Positions 37,561 through 49,986 of a stretch of DNA of 64,000 nt are shown here, in pieces. Positions within the stretch are counted from its first letter, which is position 1; each line of letters opens with the position of its first letter. Origin of the DNA: Malacoraja senta (Eukaryota); contig CM075977.1 in NCBI GenBank assembly GCA_038087875.1, forward strand, positions 40,920,001-40,984,000, read 5' to 3'. The translations under genes and the position numbers were made by a program. The notes beneath the pieces were generated by a model that searched no databases, had not been told where the DNA came from, and saw nothing but the letters and a program-made list of their open reading frames with translations.

Positions 37561-39403
37561 CTACCTCTCGAGTCATTTCAGTACCCTGAGATTCCTGGGT
37601 TCTCCCGGAAGCACGCCCACTGGTTCTTGCTCCCGCTGCAGGCCACCAACTACGTCCCTGCGTTGATGAGCGACTTGGTCCAGGATCCGTATGACGTCTG
37701 AAAGGATACTTCCTCTTTACAGACTTCACAACCATTGATGTCTTCATCAATCCTGTTTTCGCTTCATCTTCCAACTCTTTAATACGTCTCCCGAGATCTC
37801 TCCAAAGAGTAAGTTGGGTAATTTGTATATTACTTGGTTTGCAGAGTGCTGCGAATTTCGGATTCATAGTAGACCGTATAGCACTTCTCGAAGTGGGTGC
37901 TGCACAGCAACCCCAGTGCTTGCTGATGCAACTTCGTCATCTTTTGGTTGTTACCTGCTATTCTGGTAAAAGCAGTTATTCCAGAACCCAGCAGCTTTAA
38001 TATTCTCTGCAACTGATTCCAGATACTCTTGCAGTCTCATCCATTTCATGCTGTTCCAGCTAATGGTAAACCAAGTAATTTATTAAGGAGGCCAGTTCTT
38101 CCTAATGGCTCTCCTGACCCTGACGGGGCAGCGAATCCTACTACCAGGGTTGGAACATCTGGCAGCTGCCTTTCATCGCCTTGTACAGCCTCACCGTCAG
38201 AGTCGGGGTCTGAAATCTCATGACCCGTAGCACGCTCCTCATTCCTGAGGGTGCATTCCATCAGCCCTGAGCCAGGTGCTGTTAAGCTGCTCCTGCAGCT
38301 TGGATTACAGTACACTCCTTCCTGAGTGAACTTTTGCTCCAACAACCTATGAAAAAGGCTTCTATTTGGGCAATACGCTCGAAAGCAGTATCTAGCCCTG
38401 TACCAGGAGCTGTTTGAGCTGTTTCCAGCAGCTTGGCTTTCAGAACACTCCTCACTGAGTGAACGTTGCTCCAACAGCCTGTGTAAAAGGCTTTCTATTT
38501 GGGCAATACGCTCTAAAGCAGTATCTAGCCCTGGAGCTTCTTCATTGCCTGGGACTCCCTCCGTTGGGATTTAAACTTTGTCTTTTGCCCGACAGGCACT
38601 GACTGTGTTTTCACCAGCCCCAGGTCCACAGTCGCTATGCTCACCGCTGGCGACTGTACCGGGGTTTAGAGGCGGTTGGTCTCTAACCGCGGACTCCCGA
38701 CTTTCCCGACTTCTGTCGGCTATGTCGCTCGCCTCTTCCCCCTGTCCGTTTTTTCCCATGGCGTCTGTGGAAAAAATCGCCATAGACCCACAGTAAACGG
38801 ACCTGGAAAACCTGTAAAAAAGTTTTTACTTACCTTGTAGTTGAAAAACTACAAACCACTCGAGGAGCACTGCTCCTCACGTCCGTTTGCGTCAAGGCGT
38901 CTGACGTAATGACGCGCAGGCGCACTGACGGGCTTCTTCTTCACGTAGTCACTCACGTGACTCCGAAGTAAAATAGAGTTCCCATGGTCCTTACCTTTAA
39001 CCCCACAAGCCTCAGAATCCAAAACACCAATCTCCGACATTTCCGCCAACTTCAACATGATCCCACCACCATCTGCAAACTCCACACATACCATTTTAAT
39101 TTCAGATATCCAAGATCTGCAATTTTTTGCTTTTAAGCAACACTAACAAACCCTTTTCATCAGAATAGGTAACCAGTAAGCCCATCAGCAGGTTCACCAA
39201 TTCAATGGATCCCAAGAGAAAATGTGCTATTAAAAAATAGGCAAAAGTGAAATTAAATTTGCTCAATTGCTATGTCATTATTACTTTAAAACCAAATAGC
39301 TGAACAATGAAATGGTACTTGCACGTTATTTCCTCTTCCCAAATTACAATATTTTATTAAAGAAGCTGTATTTGATACATATTTGAGAAAAAGAGTGAAT
39401 TAC

Positions 39404-39475
39404 CAGCCTGCTGAGCACACAGACGCTCTTTTGTACAGTTTCCCTAGTGACGTCTGCTTGACGAACCTTCAGGAT
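39404..39475 (-). CDS. AVL9: AVL9 coding exon (~exon 4): ILKVRQADVTRETVQKSVCVLSRL
   Basis: 72 bp, AG at 39476-39477, GT at 39402-39403. Confidence 0.96.
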
Positions 39476-39747
39476 CTGAAATAAAGAAATAAATGCTAAA
39501 ATTAGAGCCCATAGAGGGACAGAATAATTTTATAGCTTGATAAAGAGAATGAAATTAATAAAACAAAGTATAACTTTGGAAAAAAATGCCTGCATTAACA
39601 CACTAAACAACATGGTAAATAGTGTCATCGAGCTGTACAGCATTGAAACAGGCTCTTTCACTCAATTTGTCCACACTGACTATGTTGCTCCACTGAACTA
39701 TTCCCACTGCCTACGCAGAGCCAATATCCCTACAAAACCTTTCCAAT

Positions 39748-42700
39748 AAGCGAGTTTGGTATCTGGTGCACGCAATGAATCATTAGATTTTGTCAAAGGT
39801 CATTCAGGATAAACAAAGAATTTATTGGATTCATACAAGCGATCAACCACCGAAAGCAAGCCACGTTATCTCCGACTGCCTTAATGCTGTAGCACACATA
39901 GCAAGCTTTGCCCCAATACATCAGTAGGCAGACCGACCTCCATGCCACCTATTGACCTTCACCAAATTAAACCCTTAGTGTTAATGCAACCATAATGTAA
40001 ACTGCGTGCTTAGGGCCCATTCCAAACTGAATAGTTCACTGTGAAACATAGAAAATAGGTGCAGGAGGCCGCCTTTCAGCCCTTCGAGCCAACACCACCA
40101 TTCATTGTGATCATGGCTGATCGTCCCCAATCAATAACCCGTGCCTGCCTTATCCCCATATCCCTTGATTCCACTAGCCCCTAGAGCTATATTTAACTCT
40201 CTCTTAAATCCATCCAGTGATTTGGCCTCCACTGCCCTCTGTGGCAGGGAATTTCACAAATTCACAATTCTCTGGGTGAAAAAGTTTTTTCTCACCTCAG
40301 TCTTAAATGGCCTCCCCTTTATTCTAAGACTGTGTTCTGGACTCGCCCAACATTGGAAAAAAATTTCCTGCATCTAGGTTCTCCAGTCCTCTTATAATTT
40401 TATATGTTTCTATAAGATCCCCCTCATCCTTCTAAACTCCAGTGAATACAAGCCTAGTCTTTTCAATCTTTCCTCATGACAGTCTCGGCATCCCAGGGAT
40501 CAATCTCGTGAACCTACGCTGCACTGCCTCAATCACAAGGATGTCCTTCCTCAAATTAGGAGACCAAAACTGTACACAATACTCCAGATGTGGTCTTACC
40601 AGAGCCCTATACAACTGCAGAAGAACCCGTTTACTCCTATACTGAAATCCTCTTGCTATTCCATTAGCTTTCTTCACTGCCTGCTGTACCTGCACGCCAA
40701 CTTTCAGTGACTGGTGTACAAGGACACCCAGGTCTCTCTGTACCTCCCCCTTACCTAACCTAACCCCATTGAGATAATAATCTGCGCCCTTGTTTTTGCC
40801 ACCAAAGTGGATAACCTCACACTTATCTATATTATACTGCATCTGCCATGCATCTGCCCACTCACTCAACCTGTCCAGGTCACCCTGCAACCTCCTAACA
40901 TCCTCTTCACAGTTCACACTGCCACCCAGCTTTGTGTCATCCGCAAACTTGCTAGTGTTGCTACTAATTCCCTCTTCCAAATCATTAATATATATGGTAA
41001 ACAGTTGCGGGCCCAACACCGAGCCTTGCGGCACTCCACTCGCCACTGCCTGCCATTCTGAAAAGGACGCATTCACTCCCACTCTTTGCTTCCTGTCTGC
41101 CAACCAATTTTCTATCCACGTCAACACCCTACCCCCAATACCATGTGCTCTAATTTTTGTCACCTGTCTCCCGTGCGGGACCTTATCAAAGGCTTTCTGA
41201 AAGTCTAGATACACTACATCCACTGGCTCCCCTTCATCCATTTCTCTTGTCACATCCTCAAAAATTCCAGAAGATTAGTCAAGCATGATTTTCCTTTCAT
41301 AAATCCATGCTGACTTGGACTAATCCTTTTACTGCTATCCAAATGCCCCATTATTACCTCTTTAATAATTGACTCCAGCATCTTTCCCACCACCGAAGTC
41401 AGGCTAACTGGTCTGTAATTCCCCGTTTTCTCTCTCGCTCCTTTCTTGAAAAGTGGGCTAACATTAGCTATCCTCCAATCCACAGGAACTGATCCTGATG
41501 AAAATGATCACCAATGCGTCCACTATTTCTACCTGAGGACCCTGGGATGCAGACCATCAGGCCCAGGGGATTTATCATCCTTCAGTCCCATTAGCCTACC
41601 CAATACTATTTCTCGCCTAATGAAAATTTCTTTCAGTTCCACTACCCCCTTAGATCCTCTGTCCTCCAGGACCGCCTCCCTCAAGTCTCAGACAGCGGAG
41701 GCGTGAGTTCAAAAGCACCATTCCCCGCTGACTTGAGTAGCGCTAAGCTAAATGCAACAAAGTCTGAACATTTAACATTGTTATCACACCCTGCAATGAA
41801 GTGGACCTGAGCACTCACTCACCAGAAGCTGCTGCTATTGTTGTCCCCATCGGTCTGGTCTGGTCTCAAGACAATGGCCGAGGTGAAGGGAGTCAGGTCG
41901 AGTCCGGCATCACCTGCCAAATCACTGCAGATGGTCTCGGAGTAAACCACCTGATTGCCTGGCTCCCCACCGCAGCCAAAGTCAGGCAGCAACTATCCCC
42001 ACCGGAGAGGCTGCAAACACCACCCCTGCAACCATGTGCAAACGTGAACAGCTCTCTGTGGGGCGTGGGAGGGTTGCAGCACCCTAGCTAGGTCCAAAGT
42101 CAATGAGGCAAAGTGGGGAGACCTCCGACTTGGGTGAAACAGCAGCTATGCAGGACATTTTGATGCGCCCACTAAGGTGGGTTCCCCACAACGCAAATCT
42201 TGCCTGTGCCAACATGCCGAAATATACTCTTTATGTTGGGATAACTGTTAGTTTTAGTCTAAGTGGCTCCCATGAGAGTGGAAAAGCAGAAGAAAATAGT
42301 AGGTTTATGTAGCAGTAACGTCTCTGTGAGCTGAGCTCGTTCTCTATCTCTGTGAGCTCCTACTGATTGCTTGCCTTCATGGTTAAATATTTACTATGCT
42401 GCAGCAGCCACCAGCCAGTAGGTATTAATCAGAAATCCTGTGTGATTAATCCAACGAATTTTCTTCCACGACTTGACTAGCCCCAAGCTAATTGTAGCAA
42501 ATCAACTGATTAGTCAGGAGAACAAACGTGCATACAGCCCATGGACTAGTATAGTAAGAGATGAAAACCCCACAAATACTTTCCATATTATCTATTGATA
42601 GTTATAGAAATCATACATTTCATTTCTTCCTCCTCCCCCACTCCAAAAAACCCCCAATAAAAAATGGTTGTTATTCATCGTCACGATCTTGCTCACTGAC

Positions 42701-42981
42701 CGAAGCGGGCCAGCAAGCGACCAAGGAGAAAGCCAATAAAACCACCAAAATGACCATAGTTTTATACAAATGAACCATAAATACACCTAGTTAATAGTTT
42801 TGAAAGCAGTATATTCTTACCTCGAAGAAGCAAAACTGGAAAATACATAAGAAACGCAGGTCAAAACAATTATCGATCATAATGTATACACACAGTAGCT
42901 CAGTAGGCGAGAATGTTTATCCAGAATGACCCATGACCTGGGCAAACTCACGCATGCGCAGTTGTAATACTAAACTCGCTT
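39748..42981. mobile_element. Putative non-autonomous DNA transposon (short TIRs) inserted in a CR1 3' fragment
   Basis: ATAAGCGAGTTTGGTAT (39746-39762) vs ATACTAAACTCGCTTAT (42967-42983), 16/17 inverted match. The flanks join into one CR1 3' sequence. Confidence 0.65.
40044..41668 (-). mobile_element. CR1 LINE, RT domain to 3' end
   Basis: NYRPVSLTS, QHGFMKGKSCLTNL, LDFQKAFD, VPQGSVLGP, FADDTKL; a few frameshifts. Confidence 0.95.
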
Positions 42982-43361
42982 ATACACGTACCTATCCAAG
43001 TGCCTTTAAAAGGTTATAATTATACTCGTCTCTCCCACTTCATCTGGCAGCTCTTTCCATATACTCACCAACCTCTATGCAAAAAGTTGCCCCCCTGGTC
43101 CTGTTAAATATTTCCCCTCTCATCTTAAACATGTCGCCTAATTGTAAGCTCCCCTATTGAAGGAAAGCTTCGCCATAGGATTTTATAAACTCCTACATGG
43201 CCATTCCCCATCTTGCGTTCCAGTAAAAAAACTAAATTAGTCTAACTAGCCTCTTCTCATAACATTCCAGATGTAAAAGCACTCTTTCCAGTTGAATGAA
43301 AAAATTCCTATGGCAAGATGACCGGAACTCTATACAATACTCCAAATGTGATTTACTAACA

Positions 43362-44446
43362 TCTATCTATCTATCTATCCATAACTAAAACTCTGATCTT
43401 GTTATCTTCCGGTTTGGCGGTCTTTCTATTTGTGTATAAACGGTCCGCGCTAGCGCTACGATTTTTCGCCTGTTCACTCACCGTTCTCCTGAGCTGCGAG
43501 TGCACCAAATTTCGTTCCGATTGGTTGAATACCGTACAAGTTAGCGAGGTTTAAAAAGTATTTAAAAAACGCGCGTGCACAGATCAATCTCTTCTCCTGC
43601 CAGTCAGCACCGCGCAGATTAGTCTCTTTCCCTGTCACTCCCCGGGACGGTCCGCCCCTTCCTGCGCCATCGCGTCTTTACTGGAGCTGAGGTTGGCCGG
43701 CAGAGGTTTCCAACCGGACTTTCGGAGGGTCCCACAGCAGCCCAGCCCCGCCCCAAGCAGCCAAGCCCCGCCCCAAGCAGCAGCCCCGCCCCAAGCAGCA
43801 GCCCCGCCCCAAGCAGCCCAGCGTCAGAGACTGGACCCAGCCCAGCCGAGCGTGGGAGACCCAGCTCAGCCTGGAGTCAGAGATATTGCCGAAGTTGCCA
43901 AAGGTAAAGTGGAGACGCTGATCCCAGCAGAGGAGAATGACCAGCGACCAGCGCCTGCTGTGAGCCCCATCGCACCAATTCCAGCCACTACCCCTCTGGT
44001 CCCCCTCGCTGGCTCCTCCCCACTCCCCCCATGGCTCTTCCCTCATCTTTTCTCCGAGCTCACTCACCCCGCCCACACACCCCTCTCCCCCCACAATTAA
44101 CCCCCCCCCCCACACACCCTTCCCCCCCAAGCCCCCTGCCCCACACCCTCCCGCCCACACACACCTCCTCCCCCCCACAGCCCCCCGCTCCCACACCCCC
44201 CCGCTCACAACACCCCCTCCCCGCCCACAACCCCCCTCCCCTCCCACAACCCCCCCCTCCCCTCCCACAACCCCCCCCTCCCCTCCCACAACCCCCCCCC
44301 CCACAACTGCCCCCACCCGTTGCGTTGGAGGAACGGGTTGCGTTGGTGGAACGGGTAAGTGGTGGAATATTGCGTTGGGGAACGTGTTGCGTTGGGGGAC
44401 CAGGCCTCCCGTGTGACTGGGACCCAACGGGTCACACTTAGTTTAG
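43362..44446 (+). mobile_element. Non-autonomous Helitron
   Basis: 5' TCTATC..ATAACTAAAA, 3' hairpin (GGGACCC-AAC-GGGTCAC) followed by TTAG (CTAG variant). Inserted between A and T of a CR1 remnant with no TSD. Confidence 0.78.
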
Positions 44447-44569
44447 TCTTGTACTACCATCTTAATCTTATTCATTCTTTCATGGTACAGGTGTAACATG
44501 ACACCCTAATGCTTATACACTATACCTTGGTCAAGAATGGCAAGCATACCATGCCCTTCTAAACTACAC

Positions 44570-45610
44570 TTCTTCCCACCCTACTTCCTGTAAAGACTCT
44601 ATCCCCTTCTCCCAATTCCTCGTCTACGCCGCATCTGACCCAGGATGAGTTTTCCATACCAGGTCATCGGAGATGTCCTCATTCATTAGGGAACGGGGGT
44701 TCCCCTCTTCCATTATAGATAAGGCTCTCACTAGGGTCTCCTCGATATCCCCCAGCTCCACTCTTGCTCCCCCTCCCCCATTCGTAAGAAAGACAGAGTC
44801 CTCCTTGTCCTCACCTTCTACCCCATCAGCTGTCGCATGCAGCATATAATCCTCTGACATTTTAGCCACCTCCAACGGGATCCCACATCGTCCCATCTCC
44901 ACCCCTTTCAGCTTTCCGCAGAGACCGTTCCCTCCACAACTCCCTGGTCAACTCATCCCTTCCCACACAAACCATCCCCTCCCCAGGTACTTTCCCCTGC
45001 AACCGCAGGAGATGCAACACCTGTCCCTTTTCCTCCCCCATCGACTCCGTCCAAGGACCCCAGTTTTTTCAGGTGAGGCAGAGGTTCACTTACACCTCCT
45101 CCAACCTCATCTACTGTATCCACTGTTCCAGGTGCCAACTATATATCGGCGAGACCCAGCGCAGGCTAGGCGATAAACACCTCCGCTGTTTCGCTGAACA
45201 CCTCCACTCATTTCGCTTTAACCTACCTGATCTCCCGGTTGCTCAGCACTTTAACTCACCCTGCCATTCCCATTTGAGCGTTCTGTCCTGGGCCTCCTCC
45301 ATTGTCACAGTGAGGCTCAGCGCAAATTGGAGGATCAGCACCTCATATTTTGTTGGGTAGCTTACACCCCAGTGGTATGAACATTGACTTTTCTAACTTC
45401 AAATAGCCCTTGCTTTCCCTCTTTCTCCATCCTCTCCCCCTTCCTAGTTCTCCCACCAGTCTTACTGTCTCCGACTACATTTTATCTCTGTACCACCCAC
45501 TCCCCTGACAACAGCCTGAAGAAGGGTCTCGACCTGAAACGTCACCCATTCCTTCTCTCCAGAGATGCTGCCCATCCCGCTGAGTTACACCAGCATTTTG
45601 TGCCTACCTC
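44570..45610 (+). mobile_element. Penelope-like element (Neptune-type) 3' part with GIY-YIG endonuclease remnant and pLTR hammerhead motif
   Basis: CNRRRCNTC Cys cluster, NLIYCIHCSRCQLYIGET..RL..FAEH, VAQHFN. CTGAAGA..GAAACGTC at 45516-45543. Confidence 0.9.
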
Positions 45611-46329
45611 TTCTTTACTACTCTGTCCACCTATATTGCCACTTGCAGGAAACTTTGTATTTGTACTCCAATATCTCTCTGTTCAATACACACCCCTGTC
45701 CCCTACCATACACTCTTTTTGTCCTGGCATGGTTTAACATCCCAAAATGCATTATTTCATACTTATCAGAGTTAAAATTCCATCAGCCACTCCTTGTCTA
45801 CTTTCCCAGTTGATCTAACTCATGTGGTAACCTCAGATGACTTTCTTCACTGTACATCAATTTTGATGCTATGGCAATTTAGTTAGTTACTATTAATGAG
45901 AATACATTTGTTTTTTTTAATCTGATTACTGATTGTTTATTAAATAGGTTTAGATTTGATAGTTCCTTTGGTGGAAATGTACAACTTGTTCAAGAACATT
46001 GGATGACAAGCGATATTGCAAATTCAGTAAAAATGAGAAACGAAGCATAAAGTTCATGAAAGTGCAATTGGACAGACACTTAGCAATATAAAGAAAGGAG
46101 ATAATTTAAGCAGGGAATCTGGAGGGCTAAAATGCAATGCAAAATCCTAGTAGAATAGAATTAAAGAGAATGATTACCATAAAACAGCAGAATACATTAA
46201 TTATTTTGCTGAAAACCTATTCTTACAATTGATTTAAGGTATAATAGTTCTGCATCTTTGTCAAGATCTGCTGCATTATGTTATCATAAAATGATTTTCT
46301 CCGGGGAAAGATTTTGAAGCAGCCTGAAT

Positions 46330-46558
46330 GACAACTTTTTTCCAGAGAGATGGTACATACATGGAAAGAGCTGCCAGAGGAAGTGGTAGAAGTGGGCACA
46401 AATACGATATTTGAAAGACACTTCGACAGGTACGTGGATGGGATGGGTTTGGAGGGAAATGAGCCAGGCACAGGCAAGTAGGACTAGCTCAGTTAAGCAC
46501 TTGGTCAGCATGGATAAGTTGGGCTGATTCTGTAAAGGTCACTGACTTTATGACTCTA
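46330..46558 (+). mobile_element. CR1 3' end fragment
   Basis: Similar to the 3' ends at 9290-9516 and 19380-19607. Confidence 0.65.
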
Positions 46559-46654
46559 GCTGGGCTGCATTGCAAATAAAAAAGGCCACCTTCTTGTCCT
46601 CCAAGCAAAAGTTGCCAGATTTAACTGACATGAGAAATAGTTATAATTAATTAT

Positions 46655-47475
46655 AGACAATAGGTGCAGGATTAGGCCATTCAGCCCTTCGAGCCAGCAC
46701 CGCCATTCAATGTGTCCATGCCTGATCATTCCCAATCAGTACCCCGTTCCTGCCTTCTCCCTGCATCCTCTGACTCTGCTACCTTTAAGAGCCCTATCTC
46801 GCTCTCTCTTGAAAGTATCCAGAGATGTATCTTGAAAGTATCCAGAGAACCGGCCTCCACAGCCCTCTGAGGTAGAGAATTCCACAGACTCACAACTCTC
46901 TGTGAGAAAAAGAGTTTCCTCGTCTCCGTTCTAAATGGCTTACCCCTTATTCTTAAACTGTGGCCCCTGGTTCTGGACTCCCCCAACATCGGGAACATGT
47001 TTCCTGCCTCTAGCGTGTCCAAACCCTATCATCCTACTAAACTCCAGAGTATACAGGCCCAGCGGCTCCATTCTCTCAGCATATGACAGTCCCGCCATCT
47101 CGAGAATTAACCTTGTCAACCTACGTTGCACTCCCTCAACTGCATACAATACTCCAGGTGTGGTCTCATTAGGCCCTATACAACTGCAGAAGGACCTCTT
47201 TGCTCCTATACTCAACTCCTCTTGTTATAAAGGCCAATATGCCATTCGCTTTCTTCACTGCCTGCATGCTTACTTTCATTGACTGATGAATAAGGACCCC
47301 CCAGATCCCGTTGTACTTCCCTTTTCCCAACTTGACACCATTTAGATAGTGATCTGCCTTCCTGTTTTTGCTACCAAAGTGGATAACCTCATATTTATCC
47401 ACATTAAATTGCATCTGCCATGCATCTGCCCCACTCATCCAACCTGTCCAAGTTACCCTGCATTCTCATAGCATC
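46655..47475 (-). mobile_element. CR1 LINE 3' portion, degenerate
   Basis: WQMQFNVDK.EVIHFG, VQRRLTRLI, FFSQRVVSLWNSLP. Confidence 0.9.
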
Positions 47476-47732
47476 CAGTTGATGAGGACCGATATTTATT
47501 TCATTTATGTTCCAATAGAAATCTCCAGATATTAAAATTATTCTCTGCAGATACCAACAATTACCCCAAGGAATTTCTCAAAATGCATGTAATTGACTCA
47601 CCAAGCATTAAACAAAAATTATAGTGAACTATATTAGTATTTCCTTCTCTTAAACACAATCAATTTGCAAAACAGTTCTTTCTCAGTTGCCATAACAAAT
47701 CAATAAAGTTATATTTTCAGTGAGGCACACAC

Positions 47733-47817
47733 CTTGCATCAATCTGACGATAGCAGGAAACCCCATAAACCGTCTTTAAATTTCCACTCCTTGGAGGCAA
47801 GTGAAAATAAACAGTAT
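47733..47817 (-). CDS. AVL9: AVL9 coding exon (~exon 3): (D)TVYFHLPPRSGNLKTVYGVSCYRQIDA; donor phase anomalous
   Basis: Strong translation match, AG at 47818-47819. 85 bp to the best GT donor, one base short of keeping frame. Confidence 0.9.
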
Positions 47818-48379
47818 CTAAAGGAGAAAGAAAAACAACTGTAACGTCATAGAACATATGGCAGGCTCTTCAGAACCAATTGCTGCATTATACAGGCATC
47901 AATCTAAAGTAATCAATCCTGCCTGCACATGCCCATATTCTGTGTATATCCATGTTTGCTTAAATGCCTCTTAAATGTTGTTCTCATTTCTGCTTCCACT
48001 ATCACCCCTGAAAGCATACATCTTTTATCCACCTATCACTTTGTGTAAAATCTTTGGCCCATACATCTCCTTTAAACTCCTACCCTTCCCTCACCTTAAA
48101 CCTTTGTTCCCAAGTATTTGACATTTCATCCTGGTAATGCCTCAAAGACTATGGTCCTGTAGTACTCATGTCCACCTTGATAAAGTGATTTGAGATGTTA
48201 ATAATCGCTAAAATCAACTCCTGCCTCAGAATTGACCTGGATCTGCATATCACCACAACAGGTCAACAGCATACCTGTGTCTCTGGAACACATACATCAG
48301 ACTGTCGTTCATCCACGAAAGCTTGGCATGCAACACTACCAAACCTTCCAAACACATCACCAAGCTCCAAGAGATGGTC

Positions 48380-48710
48380 CTCTATACCTTCCTTTGCATC
48401 TGGAAACCTGACTTCCTCATTGGTAGACCTCAACCAGTGCGGATCGTTAAAACATCTCCGCTCCATTGACCGTCAACACAAGTGCCCCTCAAGGCTGAGT
48501 GCTTCGCTCCCAGCTCTACTCTTACCCATGACTGTGCAGCTAAGCACAACTCCAATGCCATCTATAAATTGAGCAATTACATTATTGTGGTTGGCTGAAT
48601 CATAGGTGGTGATGAGTCAGCATTTGAGAGAGATAAAACACCTGGTTGAGTGGTGCCACAACACCCCCCCCCCTCACTGTCAACAATACCAAGGAACTAA
48701 TGTTGACCAG
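48380..48710 (+). mobile_element. Highly degenerate Rex1-like RT fragment
   Basis: GCCCCTCAAGGCTG..ACCCATGACTGTG..GTGGTGCCA..ACAAC resembles 25460-25690. Confidence 0.55.
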
Positions 48711-48899
48711 AAAGGTGATTCAATCAAATTCATGAGACGTGATCTTCCACTTACAAAGCCATGCTATCCCTAATCAACTCGTGAGTCCAAATGCATCTGT
48801 ATTTTGCCCCTCAGAATCTTGTCCAGAACATTTCCTACCAAAGGTTGGACCTACTCATCTATAGTTCCCATGTTTTACTTTGTAGCCCTTCTTAGGCCC

Positions 48900-49350
48900 A
48901 GACATTGTCTTGGCTGTGTGCTTAGGATCTTTGTCCTGTTGGAATGGAAGAACTTTGGAACCACCAGGACTCTTCATAGAGCTGGAAGCACGTCCAAACT
49001 GAGCAATCGGGGGAGAAGGGCCTTGGTCAGGGAGGTGACCAAGAAGCCGATGGTCACTCTGACAGAGCTCCAGAGTTCCTCTGTGGAGATGGGAGAACCT
49101 TCCAGAAGGACAACTATATCTGCAGCACTCCACCAATTAGGCCTTTATGGTAAAGTGGCCAGACTGAAGCCACTCCTCAGTAAAAGACACATGACAGCCC
49201 GCTTGGAGTTTGCCAAAAGGCACTTTAAACAGATTCTCTCGTCTGATGAAACCAAGTTTGAACTCTTTGGCCTGAATGCCAAGCATCACGTCTGGAGGAA
49301 ATCAGGCACTGCTCATCACCTGGCCAATACCATACCTACAGTGAAGCATG
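48900..49350 (+). mobile_element. Tc1-family (DD34E) transposase fragment, running into an assembly gap
   Basis: KLSNRGRRALVREVTK.PMVTLTELQ..VAR.KPLLSKRH..RLEFAK..SDETK.ELFGLN..IPTVKH. An inverted FQQDKDPKHTAKT piece lies at 48900-48944. Confidence 0.92.
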
Positions 49351-49621
49351 NNNNNNNNNNNNNNNNNNNNNNNNNNNNNNNNNNNNNNNNNNNNNNNNNN
49401 NNNNNNNNNNNNNNNNNNNNNNNNNNNNNNNNNNNNNNNNNNNNNNNNNNNNNNNNNNNNNNNNNNNNNNNNNNNNNNNNNNNNNNNNNNNNNNNNNNNN
49501 NNNNNNNNNNNNNNNNNNNNNNNNNNNNNNNNNNNNNNNNNNNNNNNNNNTCTTTTTATGCTTTATCTGATGGGATAAATTGCAGACATTATTTTTTAAA
49601 TCTCAAAATTTGTAACATTGC

Positions 49622-49770
49622 TAGAAGGGTCTGAAGAAGCGTCTGAAGAAGGGTTTCGGCCCGAAACGTTGCCTATTTCCCTTCGCTCCATAGATGCTGC
49701 TGCACCCGCTGAGTTTCTCCAGCATTTTGTGCACCTTCGATTTTCCAGCATCTGCAGTTCCTTCTTTAAC
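49622..49770 (+). mobile_element. Penelope pseudo-LTR with hammerhead motif
   Basis: CTGAAGA-a-gggt(ttcg)gccc-GAAA-cg-TT at 49643-49670, followed by the same pLTR tail as 8810-8905. Confidence 0.85.
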
Positions 49771-49818
49771 ACCTATTGGCGAGAATGGAATATCTATCGT
49801 CCCCACTGCAGACCTGCC

Positions 49819-49986
49819 CAAAGATACTAGAGGAGCAAGATAGACCACTCCTCCGAAATCCAATGGACTGACGTGTAGTACGTAACGGAATGTCACGGCC
49901 GCCATTTTTAAATGCAAAACGCGACTTCCGGTATGCGTCCCGCTGTGCACCAAAGATCCTATAGCGGAGCACCTCTAGTATCTTTG
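49819..49986. mobile_element. Small element with 15-bp inverted termini
   Basis: CAAAGATACTAGAGG ... CCTCTAGTATCTTTG. Confidence 0.5.

Larger units (their letters stand above)
34179..38976 (-). mobile_element. Full-length DIRS1-type tyrosine-recombinase retrotransposon (degenerate ORFs)
   Basis: Inverted terminal repeats at 34249-34286 and 38910-38947. Internal complementary region at 34409-34522 matches both outer ends. Remnants of gag, RT (IDLKDAYY, YLDD), RNase H (TDAS..GWG, INYLEL, IDNTT), MT and YR. Confidence 0.96.
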
